Counted from the first letter of the stretch, positions 18,812 through 28,722 are shown. The stretch is DNA of 64,000 bases from Lachnospiraceae bacterium (GCA_024681775.1 JAILAF010000022.1:80-64079), one strand, 5' to 3'. Numbers and translations are program-made. The notes: a model not told the origin generated them from the sequence alone.

Positions 18812-19174
18812 TTAGCCGATGACCTTCTTCACAGCCTCCAAAACGCGGTCTGCCTGGAAAGGCTTAACGATGAAGTCCTTGGCGCCTGCCTGGATGGACT
18901 CGATAACCATTGCCTGCTGACCCATTGCAGAGCACATGATGACCTTAGCACCGGCGTCCGCTGCCTTGATTGCCTTCAGAGCCTGGATACCATCCATCTC
19001 GGGCATGGTGATGTCCATCAGTACCAGATCGGGGCTGACTTCCTTGTACTTCTCTACAGCCTTGGCACCGTTCTCGGCCTCACCTGCAACATTGTAGCCA
19101 TTCTTGCTAAGGATGTCCTTGATCATCATCCTCATGAAAGCTGCATCGTCACAAATCAAGATGTTTTTAGCCAT
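18812..19174 (-). CDS. cheY: Chemotaxis response regulator CheY
   Basis: Single receiver domain: ICDDAAFMR, MDITMP, CSAMGQ, FIVKPF. Confidence 0.97.
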   Translation of the reverse strand: MAKNILICDDAAFMRMMIKDILSKNGYNVAGEAENGAKAVEKYKEVSPDLVLMDITMPEMDGIQALKAIKAADAGAKVIMCSAMGQQAMVIESIQAGAKDFIVKPFQADRVLEAVKKVIG

Positions 19175-19197
19175 AACTTTTTAATCCTCCAATGCTT

Positions 19198-20487
19198 TTA
19201 TTTTATGATCTCTGTTACTCTGATTCCGAAACTTTCTTCGATCACGACGACCTCGCCTCTCGCAACGAACTTGCCGTTGACCAGGACGTCGATGGGCTCA
19301 CCGGCAATGCGGTCGAGCTCTATGATGGTGCCCGGAGCGAAATTCAGGATCTCGGAGATGGACTTCGTGGTCCGTCCGAGCTCTACCGTAACCTCCAGGG
19401 GTACATCCATGATAAGGCCGATGTTCTCGCCGCCCTGTACATTGTTCAGCGCACCGTTGAAGGACTGGAAGGATGCGGGCTGGACATTGACGGGCTGCTG
19501 CATCGGCATGCCGTACATCGGCATCTGCATCGGCATACCCTGCATGGGCATACCCTGCATGGGCATTCCCTGCATCGGCATACCCTGCATGGGCATTCCC
19601 ATGTTGGGATCCATCGTGCCGGGCATGGGCTGCGTCATCTGCGCCGAAGGATCTGCGAAGGCTGTGGGCGCCGGCGCCGGAGCAGGTGTGGGTGCCGGTT
19701 CGGGAGCGGGTGCCGCTCCGCCTGTCTGCTGGTTGATGAAGGTCTCCACCAGCTTCCGGGCAAATTCCACCGGATACAGCTGCATGATGGTGGAGTCCAC
19801 CAGATCATCGCCGATCTGCATCCGGAACTGGATCTTGACGAAGGTTCCTCCCAGGAAGGGTGAGATCTCTGCTCCGGATTTGTACTGTGCCAGATCCAGA
19901 AGGGAGGAATCCGGAGGCGAGATGTCGATCATGGTGGCCAGCATGGTGGACAGGGACGTTGCCGCCGCTCCCATCATCTGGTTCATAGCCTCCGAGATCG
20001 CACTCAGGTGCAGCTCGGAAAGTTCTCCCTCCGTATTGGTACCGTCACCGCCCATCATCAGGTCGGTGATGACCTTCACGTCATGTTCCTTCAGCACCAG
20101 GATATTGGTACCGTCCAGACCCTTGGTGTACTTGATCTGAATGAAGACGCAGGGCTTTTCGTAGTTTTCGAGAATGGACTCCCACTTTGCCAGGGATACG
20201 ATCGGGGTGGTGATGTTTACCTTGCGGTTGACCAGCGAGTAGAGTGTGGTGGCCGAGGAGCCCATACTGATATTGGCTACCTCTCCGATCGCATCCTTCT
20301 CTACATCCGACAGCAGATCGTCTCCGCCGTCAATGGCGGGCGTGTCAATCAGGTATGCATCCTTGGGCGGTTCAGGTTGTGCAGCCATCGCTTCCGTATA
20401 GCTGCTCAGATCGGGCGCCTCATCTCCGGACAGATCCATGCCGCTTAGGAGGGCATTGATCTCGTCCTGGGATAGCATTCCATCCAT
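19198..20487 (-). CDS. fliY: Flagellar switch phosphatase FliY (CheC-like plus FliN domain)
   Basis: LSQDEINALL; DAIGEVANISMG and SAISEAMNQMMG; C-terminal SpoA domain DVPLEVTVELG. Confidence 0.96.
   Translation of the reverse strand: MDGMLSQDEINALLSGMDLSGDEAPDLSSYTEAMAAQPEPPKDAYLIDTPAIDGGDDLLSDVEKDAIGEVANISMGSSATTLYSLVNRKVNITTPIVSLAKWESILENYEKPCVFIQIKYTKGLDGTNILVLKEHDVKVITDLMMGGDGTNTEGELSELHLSAISEAMNQMMGAAATSLSTMLATMIDISPPDSSLLDLAQYKSGAEISPFLGGTFVKIQFRMQIGDDLVDSTIMQLYPVEFARKLVETFINQQTGGAAPAPEPAPTPAPAPAPTAFADPSAQMTQPMPGTMDPNMGMPMQGMPMQGMPMQGMPMQGMPMQMPMYGMPMQQPVNVQPASFQSFNGALNNVQGGENIGLIMDVPLEVTVELGRTTKSISEILNFAPGTIIELDRIAGEPIDVLVNGKFVARGEVVVIEESFGIRVTEIIK
19525..19599 (-). repeat. Five 15-bp in-frame repeats encoding (GMPMQ)5 in FliY
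   Basis: ctgcat(c/g)ggcat(a/t)cc x5 on the plus strand. Confidence 0.95.
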
Positions 20488-20490
20488 CTG

Positions 20491-21471
20491 CTAATCCTCC
20501 TCTCTGATCACTGACGTCACCTGGACGGCGTAGGAGTCGTCCTTGGCTCCCGGCAATGCAGTGAATTTCTTAATATTTCCGACAAAGACATCCATGTCCG
20601 AGTCTACCTTGGAATCGAGTCTGATACAGTCTCCCACCTGGAGATTCAGGAAATCCGAAACGGAGATCCGACTGTTGCCCAGCACCGCACGGATGGGGAT
20701 CACGACACGGCGCAGCATAGCCTCGATATTATCCTTATAATCATCCTCCGAACTATCCTGCATGGTAGAGAACCAGTACTTCGTGTTCAGCTTGTCCATG
20801 ACGTCTTCCAGGGTAATGAAAGGAAGACAGATATTCGTAAACCCTTCCACGTCGCCGATCTTCATGTTCAGGGTGATGATGGCGATCATTTCGCTGGGGG
20901 CGATGATCTGTGCGAACTGTGAGTTCGTCTCCACTCTGGTCAGCACCGGATTCAGATCCACCACGTTTTTCCAGGGCTCCCGCAGGAGCTGGGTGAGCAT
21001 GATCATGATCTTCTGCAGAATGGACATCTCGATCTCGGAGAAATCCCTGTTCCGCTCCAGAGGGGTCCCGGAGCCTCCCAGCATGCGGTCGATCATGGCA
21101 TATCCCAGATTGGTGGCCAGATCGATCATGACCGATCCCTTTAAGGGAGCGAAATCAATGATGCCCAGGATGACCGGATTGGACAGCGCGTTGGAAAACT
21201 CGCTGAAGGTAACGGTCTCGGAACTGGCAACGGAAATGGTGGCATTTTTCCGAAGGAATACGGGCAGGTTGGTGGATACCAGTCGTCCGTAGTGTTCAAA
21301 GATGATCTCCAGGGTCCTCAAATGCTCCTTGGAGAACTTGGTAGGCCGGCCGAAGTCGTAATTCTTGACCTGCTTTTCATCTGCATTGGATATCGTTTCG
21401 ACGTCCAATTCGCCGGTGGAGAGAGCCGCCAGTAGATTGTCTATTTCGTTTTGCGAAAGGACTTCACTCAA
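20491..21471 (-). CDS. fliM: Flagellar motor switch protein FliM
   Basis: TTG start; LSQNEIDNLL, YDFGRPTKFSKE, C-terminal SpoA domain. Confidence 0.97.
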   Translation of the reverse strand: MSEVLSQNEIDNLLAALSTGELDVETISNADEKQVKNYDFGRPTKFSKEHLRTLEIIFEHYGRLVSTNLPVFLRKNATISVASSETVTFSEFSNALSNPVILGIIDFAPLKGSVMIDLATNLGYAMIDRMLGGSGTPLERNRDFSEIEMSILQKIMIMLTQLLREPWKNVVDLNPVLTRVETNSQFAQIIAPSEMIAIITLNMKIGDVEGFTNICLPFITLEDVMDKLNTKYWFSTMQDSSEDDYKDNIEAMLRRVVIPIRAVLGNSRISVSDFLNLQVGDCIRLDSKVDSDMDVFVGNIKKFTALPGAKDDSYAVQVTSVIREED

Positions 21472-21509
21472 AGGGCTATCCTCCCTAGTTTATTTGGCTT
21501 CTCCTTGCC

Positions 21510-22028
21510 TTAGCCGAACTTCGCTTCACTGATGGTCACTTCGTAGATGAAATCGGACTTGTACTTGTCCTGGATGGCCTTCAGGATCTCTGCCCGGAGC
21601 TCATCCCTGTGATTCATGCAAAAGTCCTGGTTGTGGCCGCTGATGACATCGGTGATCAGACCCCGGATGACGCTGAAGTTGCTGGACAGCGCCTCGTGAT
21701 AGGTCTCGTAATCCTCGTGGGTCTTGTTCAGTGAAAGGGAAATATCGCAAACCATGTAGACCTGCTTGCCGCTCTCGTCGGCCATCAGAGGAACCGTCAG
21801 GGAATCTCCCAGCTCCACGACCTCGGTGTCCGCCATGGAAATGGCCGTCGCCTCTTCCTCTTCGGATCCGTCGGTGATGACCTCCAGGCTCATGACGGTG
21901 GCGATGGTGTCCACCAGTGCAGCAGTCCTGGTATTGGTGGACGTGACACTGATCATCATGATGGCGGTGAGCACGATGTTCACCAGGAGCAAAGCCAGTA
22001 TCACTATGGTAAGCAGATTCTTTTTCAT
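21510..22028 (-). CDS. fliL: Flagellar basal body-associated protein FliL
   Basis: N-terminal TM, about 170 aa, between motB and fliM. Confidence 0.85.
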   Translation of the reverse strand: MKKNLLTIVILALLLVNIVLTAIMMISVTSTNTRTAALVDTIATVMSLEVITDGSEEEEATAISMADTEVVELGDSLTVPLMADESGKQVYMVCDISLSLNKTHEDYETYHEALSSNFSVIRGLITDVISGHNQDFCMNHRDELRAEILKAIQDKYKSDFIYEVTISEAKFG

Positions 22029-22070
22029 GGAAATGGCTTCCTTTCGGGGCCTTGATGCAGGCTCGTATTA

Positions 22071-22898
22071 TCAGTTCTGGTTGTAGATACGGATCTCCAC
22101 ACGGCGGTTGCGGCTGCGGCCTTCCGCGGTGGAATTGTCCGCTACGGGGACTCTCTCGCCCATGCCGGAATGCTTCAGAGAGCTGGGGCTTAAGTTCGTG
22201 TTCTGGATGAGGTAATAGAAAACGGAAAGCGCTCTGGCGCTGGACAGTTCCTCATTGTCAGCGTATCTGGCGCTGTGCATGGGCACATTGTCCGTGTGAC
22301 CGTCGATCTCGACCTCACCCTCGGCATAACGCTCCAGGATCACGCCTACGCGGTCCAGAACGTCAAAGCACTCTTCCTTGAGCTCGGCAGAGCCGGAATC
22401 AAAGAGCAGTGCGCCCTTCATGGTAAGCAGCACATACTGGGCAGAGAAGGATACGTCGATCTGATCCGCCATATTGCTCTCTGAGACCGCCTCGCTGATC
22501 AGCTCGGCCAGCTCCTCGTTGGACTGGAGGTTAGCCTGTTCCAGCTCGTCGATCATCTCCTGGATCCCGGCAGGCTCCTGGTCGTACTCTTCGAAGCTGA
22601 CGGCATCCGACTCGGACTCTGCGGTCCGGCCCGTGCTGTTGATATATTCACTCAGCTCATTGAGCTGACTGACTCCGTTACTGATGAGGATACCGTCTCC
22701 GATGGAGGTGGCACCTCCGCTGAAGACGCTGAAGGTACTGTTCATGGAGGCAATGATCTCGTTCAGCTTTGCCTCGTCAATGGTGGACATGGAGAAGAGC
22801 AGCACGAAGAAGCAAAACAGCAGATTCATCAGATCGGAGAATGTCGACATCCAAGCCGGCGAACCGGCCGGGGGGGCATCTTCCTGCTTACGTGCCAC
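22071..22898 (-). CDS. motB: Flagellar stator MotB
   Basis: WMSTFSDLMNLLFCFFVLLFSMS with the conserved Asp; OmpA-like GHTD, LSSARA, NRRVEI. Confidence 0.96.
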   Translation of the reverse strand: MARKQEDAPPAGSPAWMSTFSDLMNLLFCFFVLLFSMSTIDEAKLNEIIASMNSTFSVFSGGATSIGDGILISNGVSQLNELSEYINSTGRTAESESDAVSFEEYDQEPAGIQEMIDELEQANLQSNEELAELISEAVSESNMADQIDVSFSAQYVLLTMKGALLFDSGSAELKEECFDVLDRVGVILERYAEGEVEIDGHTDNVPMHSARYADNEELSSARALSVFYYLIQNTNLSPSSLKHSGMGERVPVADNSTAEGRSRNRRVEIRIYNQN

Positions 22899-22900
22899 GC

Positions 22901-23695
22901 TTACTCACCCCCTTCTCCGTTGTCACTGGATGCGGAAGCGCGATCCTTAGGTGCCAGGAAGGACTTCAGCTTCTCCTCTATGACACGGGGGTTCTCGCCC
23001 GCCTGAATGGAGAGCAGACCCTCGATCAAGATCTCTTTCTGTGTCATCTCAACGGCATTGTCCGCCTTGAGCTTATTGGCCGTAGGGGTGGCTACCCAGT
23101 TGGCCAGCAGGGATCCGTACAGGGTGGTGATCAGAGCCACGGCCATTGCGGGGCCGATGGAGGATGCATCATCCATGTGGTACAGCATGTCGACCAGACC
23201 CACCAGGGTGCCGACCATTCCCCACGCAGGACCCATGGATGCCCATGTTTCCCAGAAACCTGCGATATTCTTGTGGCGGCTCTCGATGCATACCATCTCG
23301 GTCTCCAGGATGCCCCGGACCAGATCGGGATCGGTACCGTCCACCACCAGAAGGATGCCCTTCTTCAGGAAAGGCTCGTCCATATCCGCCGCTGCTTCCT
23401 CCAGGGAAAGCAGGCCTTCCTTACGCGCTACGTTGGACAGCTCGATGATCTTTTTGATCATGTCCGAAGTGTTGGCGGAAGGTGCCTTGAAGATCAGTGT
23501 CAGGGATTTCAGGCCCTGCACGAAATCAGCCATACTGTAAGAAGTCATGGTAGCAAAAATAGAACCACCCAGGGTGATAATGAAGGATGGAACGTCGATA
23601 TACTCGCTAATGCCGGCCACGCCTGCAGAAGACAGGATACCGAAAGCCAGCATTCCGAAACACATTATGAATCCAACGAGTGATGCTATATCCAC
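22901..23695 (-). CDS. motA: Flagellar stator MotA
   Basis: ARKEGLLSLE, GPAWGMVGTLVGL, AVALITTLYG, IQAGENPR. Confidence 0.97.
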   Translation of the reverse strand: MDIASLVGFIMCFGMLAFGILSSAGVAGISEYIDVPSFIITLGGSIFATMTSYSMADFVQGLKSLTLIFKAPSANTSDMIKKIIELSNVARKEGLLSLEEAAADMDEPFLKKGILLVVDGTDPDLVRGILETEMVCIESRHKNIAGFWETWASMGPAWGMVGTLVGLVDMLYHMDDASSIGPAMAVALITTLYGSLLANWVATPTANKLKADNAVEMTQKEILIEGLLSIQAGENPRVIEEKLKSFLAPKDRASASSDNGEGGE

Positions 23696-23724
23696 TGAAA
23701 CTTACCTCGACTTCCTACCGAAGG

Positions 23725-23913
23725 TCAATCGTCGGCTAGGATATCCTTTCTGTACGATTTTACTAAATTTTTCAGGTCTTGTCTACTTTCTTTTACGATT
23801 ATCTTGCGGCCTGTCGTAAGCGTCAAAACCGTGTCCGGCGTTTCTTCCACGAGCTCTAACAGGTGCGGATTTATCAAAATTTTAGAACCGTTAAGTCGTG
23901 TTACTTCGATCAT
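23725..23913 (-). CDS. flbD: Flagellar FlbD/SwrD family protein
   Basis: MIEVTRLNG...INPHLLELVEETPDTVLTLTTG...VKES. Confidence 0.93.
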   Translation of the reverse strand: MIEVTRLNGSKILINPHLLELVEETPDTVLTLTTGRKIIVKESRQDLKNLVKSYRKDILADD

Positions 23914-23987
23914 GGTTTTTCCTTCCCGGGCCCTTCCAAATCACCCCGCCGCGAAAAACGGTTTTTGTGCAATTTGACGATGCCCTG

Positions 23988-24026
23988 AAAAAATACGAAA
24001 CAGGGGGCAGAAAAATCTGCCCCCCC
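23988..24026 (-). terminator. Putative intrinsic terminator after flgE
   Basis: gggggcag-aaaaat-ctgccccc stem followed on the minus strand by tgtttcgtattttttc. Confidence 0.65.
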
Positions 24027-24083
24027 TATGGATGGATCAAAGGTCATTCCTTTGGGCATTATGCCCTCAGGCTAACTATCGGA

Positions 24084-25808
24084 TTATCTCTTCAGATTGG
24101 TCAGCTCCTCCAGCAGGGTATCGGAAACGGTGATGATACGGCTGTTTGCCTGGAAGCCTCTCTGGGTGGTGATCATGTCGGTGAACTCCTGAGACAGATC
24201 CACGTTACTCATCTCCAGAACGCCGGTAGACATGTAGCCGCCGCCGGAAGTGACGTCCACGCCGATACCGTCGAACTCGCCGGAGTTCAGGGTCGCGCTG
24301 TAAAGGTTATCTCCTGCCTTCTCCAGACCGGAGGGATTTGCGAAGCTTGCGGTAGCGATCTGGCCCAGGAGCTTCGTCATGCCGTTGTCGTAGCTTGCGT
24401 AGATCATGCCGTCCTTCTGAACGGAGACGCCGATCATGTCGCCCAGCATACGGCCGCTGCCCAGTCCCTTAGCGTCGCCGCTGGTAGCGGTAACGGTGGA
24501 GGTGCCGTTGTTGTTGTACATGGAGATGGCGGAAAAGTCGATGCTGATGGGGGAGAAGTTCTGGCTCACCGCGGACAGATCGAGGCCTACGTTGGTGCCG
24601 CCGCCGATGCCCACGAACTCACCGGTATTGGGATCGAAGCTCAGGAGCGCGCCGTTTACCAGGCTGCCGTCTGCCTGGAAGCTGGTGACGCCGGTGGTAG
24701 CATCCGTGGTTGCCAGGGTGGTCAGGGAGCCGTCTGCGATGTAATCTCTTATTGCCTTGTAGGTAGCGGGATCGGTGGAGGTATCGGCAGTGCACAGCTT
24801 CAGGAAATCATCGGTGGAGCCTTCTCTTCCGTATGCCTTTGCGATCACATCCAAAGCGTCCTGCACGGTCTTGGTGTCGTCGCCGTTTACGGTGTAGGTG
24901 CCCTTCAGGACTGCGGGATCGGTGAGATCCATACCGTTCAAGCCGGCGATGTCCACATAGTCGATAGTGCCGTCAGCGCTGGTAAGGCGGGTGCCGTTCC
25001 ATGCGTATCCATCGGTATTAAAGGTGACGGTGCTCTCCTTGGGAGCGAAGGTGTTCGGGGTACCGAAGGCATTGGGCGCTGCGGAGATATCCACTTCGTC
25101 GCCGTTGGAATCCAGCAGCTTGGCGAACTCCACGCTGTACTGGCCTTCGGTATCGGTGGTCTTCAGCACCAGTCTTGCGGTGTAGCTGTAGCCCAGTGCG
25201 TCGTAAAGGTTCAGGTTCAGGGTCTTGCCGGAGGTGCTGTTGACATCCGTGTCGTTCTTGTCCAGGATACCGGAGACATAGCCCTGGGTGGTTGCCTCAG
25301 GGGGATAGGTCATGTTGGCCGCGCTCATGATGCGCAGTGCGGACACATTGTCCATCTTGATCTCCATGGTCTCGGGATCTACCTGCCAGCCCATGACATT
25401 GTAACCGGTGGAGGTCATTGCCAGGTTGCCGGCGCCGTCCACGTAGAAGGAACCGTCACGGGTGAAGAAATTATCTCTGCCGTTGCTGACCACGAAGAAA
25501 TTGTCTCCGGTGATCATGATGTCGAAGGGGTTACCGGTGGACTGAGCGGAGCCCTGTCCGGTGATGTTCATGTTGATGGCGCCGGCTTTCACACCGAGGC
25601 CGATCTGCTTTGCGTTGGTACCGCCGACGCCGGTGGTGGCATTTGCGCCGCTGGCGTTCTGGGTGGTCTGGCTCATCAGGTCCGAGAAGGTGATGGAGCT
25701 GGACTTGTAAGCGGTGGTGTTGACGTTTGCAATGTTGTTACCGATGACGTCCATCTTGGTCTGGTGAGTCTTCAGACCTGCAACACCGGAAAATAACGAT
25801 CTCATCAT
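24084..25808 (-). CDS. flgE: Flagellar hook protein FlgE
   Basis: MMRSLFSGVAGLKTHQTKMDVIGNNIANVNT; C-terminal LEMSNVDLSQEFTDMITTQRGFQANSRII. Confidence 0.97.
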   Translation of the reverse strand: MMRSLFSGVAGLKTHQTKMDVIGNNIANVNTTAYKSSSITFSDLMSQTTQNASGANATTGVGGTNAKQIGLGVKAGAINMNITGQGSAQSTGNPFDIMITGDNFFVVSNGRDNFFTRDGSFYVDGAGNLAMTSTGYNVMGWQVDPETMEIKMDNVSALRIMSAANMTYPPEATTQGYVSGILDKNDTDVNSTSGKTLNLNLYDALGYSYTARLVLKTTDTEGQYSVEFAKLLDSNGDEVDISAAPNAFGTPNTFAPKESTVTFNTDGYAWNGTRLTSADGTIDYVDIAGLNGMDLTDPAVLKGTYTVNGDDTKTVQDALDVIAKAYGREGSTDDFLKLCTADTSTDPATYKAIRDYIADGSLTTLATTDATTGVTSFQADGSLVNGALLSFDPNTGEFVGIGGGTNVGLDLSAVSQNFSPISIDFSAISMYNNNGTSTVTATSGDAKGLGSGRMLGDMIGVSVQKDGMIYASYDNGMTKLLGQIATASFANPSGLEKAGDNLYSATLNSGEFDGIGVDVTSGGGYMSTGVLEMSNVDLSQEFTDMITTQRGFQANSRIITVSDTLLEELTNLKR

Positions 25809-25895
25809 AAGGCATTTCCTCCTAAAATTTTCTTAAGAGTGATCCTGGGGGCTCCTTCTGTCCTTCGGGAGTCCAACCCTCCATCCAGGTCCGGG

Positions 25896-26285
25896 TTAAT
25901 TGATCACTGCTCCGTTAATGTTGGTAAATACGTTCTCTCTGGCGTCCGCCGAATCCATGGCGGTGACTACCGTTCTGCTGGGTACGTTCACGATGAATGC
26001 CATGTTGTCGATCAGTACCAGCGATTCTTTGATCCCTTTCTCTGCCGCCTTGCTCGTTCCGTCGCTGAGGCGGTCCAGCTGATCTCCGGTCATCTCCATG
26101 CCCCGGTCGTTCATCCGGAAGGAAGCGTGCTTGGAAAAACGAACGCCTTCCCTGCTGCTCTTCTCCTCCAGGATCCTGCCGAAGACGCCGGCGTCGGTGC
26201 CGGTCTCCTCCCTCGCGGGAGCGGGTCTTCCGTAATTGCCGTTCAGCTGATAAGTGGAAAGGAATGCGCTTCTTTGCAGATCCAT
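25896..26285 (-). CDS. TIGR02530 family flagellar operon protein
   Basis: FSKHASFRM...KESLVL...AFIVNVPSRTVVTAM...VFTNINGAVI; between flgD and flgE. Confidence 0.92.
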   Translation of the reverse strand: MDLQRSAFLSTYQLNGNYGRPAPAREETGTDAGVFGRILEEKSSREGVRFSKHASFRMNDRGMEMTGDQLDRLSDGTSKAAEKGIKESLVLIDNMAFIVNVPSRTVVTAMDSADARENVFTNINGAVIN

Positions 26286-26314
26286 ACTGCTCTCCTTTCC
26301 CGAAGTAAATCCCT

Positions 26315-27052
26315 TTACTCCGCTGTGATCCCTCCGCCGATATCGTCATCGGTCTCGGGAACGGGCTGCGTATCGTCCGAGGTGTCATCGCCTGCCTCGT
26401 CCTCGGTGAGGGCTGCGGCTCTGAGCTCTGCAAGTCTTGCGATGTAAGCCTGAAGCTTATCAACGTTCTCCTGGGTCAGGAAGGACTTTTCGTAATCGGA
26501 CATTGCTTCGAAGATCTCTGCCATGGAGTCGATCTGGGTTCCGTTGCCGGAGATCGAGATGGTCGCGAGAGCGGGAAGCTTGTTGAGGCTGACAGTCAGG
26601 TCATATGCCTTGTCGTACGCCGTCTGGTATCCGGAATCCACTACGGTATCCAGATCCTCCAGGCTGTACAGGTTTTCCTTGATGGAGAGGTAAGGCTTGC
26701 CGCCTTCATATACCACGTAGTCCACCTTGCCCTGTACGTAATTGGTCTCGCCGGTAGCGGATGTGGTCTTGATGTAGACCTCCTGTCCCACCAGACCGTT
26801 GGCTCTCATCAGATCCATGCCGGAAGCCATGTTGTTCAGGGACTCGACCTGGGAGAACTGTGCGTACTGTGCGACATACTCCGTATTGGAGGTGGGCTCC
26901 AAAGGATCCTGATACTGCATTTGTGCCACCAGCAGCTGAAGGAAGGAATCCTTGTCCAGTGTGCCGCCGGATTTGGTATTGCTTAAGGAGGACTGGGAAG
27001 GGGTTTCTACCACTTTGCCGTCCACGATGCTCGCCACAAGTGCCATATCCAT
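26315..27052 (-). CDS. flgD: Hook capping protein FlgD
   Basis: LDKDSFLQLLVAQMQYQDPLEP...QYAQFSQVE. Confidence 0.96.
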   Translation of the reverse strand: MDMALVASIVDGKVVETPSQSSLSNTKSGGTLDKDSFLQLLVAQMQYQDPLEPTSNTEYVAQYAQFSQVESLNNMASGMDLMRANGLVGQEVYIKTTSATGETNYVQGKVDYVVYEGGKPYLSIKENLYSLEDLDTVVDSGYQTAYDKAYDLTVSLNKLPALATISISGNGTQIDSMAEIFEAMSDYEKSFLTQENVDKLQAYIARLAELRAAALTEDEAGDDTSDDTQPVPETDDDIGGGITAE

Positions 27053-27061
27053 GCTCCTTTC

Positions 27062-28642
27062 TTATGCTTTGTAATCCAGTGTATTACCGTTTGCAGCCAT
27101 CATCTCGGCTGCCAGTCTTTCTTCTTCGTCCAGATCCTCCAGGTCCTCATCGCTGAGCTGTCCGTCGATGCGCAGGCGTCTGGTTTTGGATCTTCCGGCT
27201 TCTTCCTGCTGTGACTCTCCGGGGTTGCTCTGGTTTAAGTTCTGGTCGAAGGCTCTGGTCTGTACGGTGACTTCGATGGCTTCCACACGGACGCCCTGCT
27301 CTTCAAAACGCTCTGTCAGCTGGACCATCTGTGCTTCGATCACACTCTTGACCTGCTCGGACTGTGCCACGAAATTGGCTGTGACCACGCCCTCGCGGTT
27401 GGAAATGTGAATCTGCAGGTTGCCGAGACTCTGGGGATGAAGCTGCATCTCCAGGCTGCTGAAGTCTTCCTTCACGTTCGTCCGGATGTAATCCAGGATC
27501 TGTCTCGCGATCTCCTGGGTCTGGGAGTAAGGCGCCGGTTCCGTGACGGGAGCGGTGGTATCGACCTGCGGTTCCAAAACCTGTCTGAAATCCGCTGCCG
27601 CATTTCCGCCTGCGTTCTGCTCCTGGCTCTCGCCCTGTCTGCCGCCCCTCTTGAGGAGTGCTTCGGCTCCCAGGGTCTGTCCCTGATCCGTCATCACCTT
27701 GCCGGTGATCCGTTCACCGTCCTCCGTCACTTCCGTGCGGCTTACGGTGGGAAGATCTTCTTCCTCATCCTTTGCTGCGGTGCTTCTGACAGGTCTGTCA
27801 TCCGCGGGAACCGCTGCGGGAAGGATCTGTGCCTGCGGGAGCACCTCGGTTTCGGCCACTGCCTCATCCGGCTGCTCCGTGAAGCTTTCCTGCATCTGTG
27901 TCAGGACTTCCTGAAGCTCTGCCACATTCAAGCCCTCGATATCAGTGGGCTGCTGCGCCATCTGCTCCAGCTGCGCTCCCAGTTCCTTGAAGATGGGGTA
28001 ATTCACCTCATCCGTGAGAAGCGCCAGGCTGTCTTCCACGCCGGTCGCTTCAAAGAGGAAGCTTGTGAGGGCTTCGGGATCCGTCAGATCCGATACCTCC
28101 AGGTTCATGTCCGTCAGGATCTGAACCAGTTCCTGGGGAGTGCTTTCCAAAAATTGACCTGCCTGATCGAGCAGCTGCGCACCCAGTGAAGTGAGTAACG
28201 CCAATGCCGCATCCATTTCGGCAGGACTCAGAATCCGTTCTGTATTTGCCTCGGACGTTTCTTCCGAAACGTTCGTATCCTTCGCATCCTTGCTCCGGGC
28301 CTCTTCGGCAGGCTTGCCGCTGTCTTGCTTTTCCGTCTTTCCTGTTTCGTCCGTCTTTCCCGTTTCGTCCGTCTTTTCCGTCTTAGCGTTTCCGCTGTCG
28401 GCGCTTCTGTCCGTATCCTTACCGGATCCGTTCACCGCCTTGCTGTCCGAAGCGCTCTCGCTCTTTTTCTCGGCGGGCTTCACGCCTGCGTCCGCATCGC
28501 TCTCTGCGGGTTTCTGGCTGTTCCAGATATCCTTGAAGCTGTCACCGGATCCCGTCACCTGCGGGGTGGGGGGAGCGGACTGGGGAAGATTGACGGTCAG
28601 GCTGCTGAGCAGATCGCCTGCACCCTTGATCGTAATGCCCAT
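27062..28642 (-). CDS. fliK: Hook-length control protein FliK
   Basis: Low-complexity N-terminal region; C-terminal FliK domain MQLHPQSLGNLQI...LTERFEEQGVRVEAIEV. Confidence 0.93.
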   Translation of the reverse strand: MGITIKGAGDLLSSLTVNLPQSAPPTPQVTGSGDSFKDIWNSQKPAESDADAGVKPAEKKSESASDSKAVNGSGKDTDRSADSGNAKTEKTDETGKTDETGKTEKQDSGKPAEEARSKDAKDTNVSEETSEANTERILSPAEMDAALALLTSLGAQLLDQAGQFLESTPQELVQILTDMNLEVSDLTDPEALTSFLFEATGVEDSLALLTDEVNYPIFKELGAQLEQMAQQPTDIEGLNVAELQEVLTQMQESFTEQPDEAVAETEVLPQAQILPAAVPADDRPVRSTAAKDEEEDLPTVSRTEVTEDGERITGKVMTDQGQTLGAEALLKRGGRQGESQEQNAGGNAAADFRQVLEPQVDTTAPVTEPAPYSQTQEIARQILDYIRTNVKEDFSSLEMQLHPQSLGNLQIHISNREGVVTANFVAQSEQVKSVIEAQMVQLTERFEEQGVRVEAIEVTVQTRAFDQNLNQSNPGESQQEEAGRSKTRRLRIDGQLSDEDLEDLDEEERLAAEMMAANGNTLDYKA

Positions 28643-28694
28643 GCAAATCCTCCTTTCGCATAGATTTGGGGGATGTGTCCCCTATACAAATCTT

Positions 28695-28722
28695 TTATCG
28701 GATGATCGCAGGGAAAACTTAA
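28695..28722 (-). promoter_or_regulatory. Putative sigma-28 (FliA/SigD) promoter upstream of fliK
   Basis: Minus strand TTAAG-N15-TCCGATAA, close to the SigD consensus TAAA-N15-GCCGATAA. Confidence 0.65.

Noticed and set aside
23898-25796. Long plus-strand ORFs opposite real genes (also 30131-31723, 33866-35089, 40636-42240, 44713-46260, 58883-60562)
   Set aside because: Antisense shadow frames expected from high GC3 codon usage; no recognisable motifs, and they fully overlap well-supported genes.
25809-25895. REP-like copy upstream of flgE (gacagaagga)
   Set aside because: Only a 10-bp match to the 61.9-kb repeat, without the accgtcccc loop or the closing stem.
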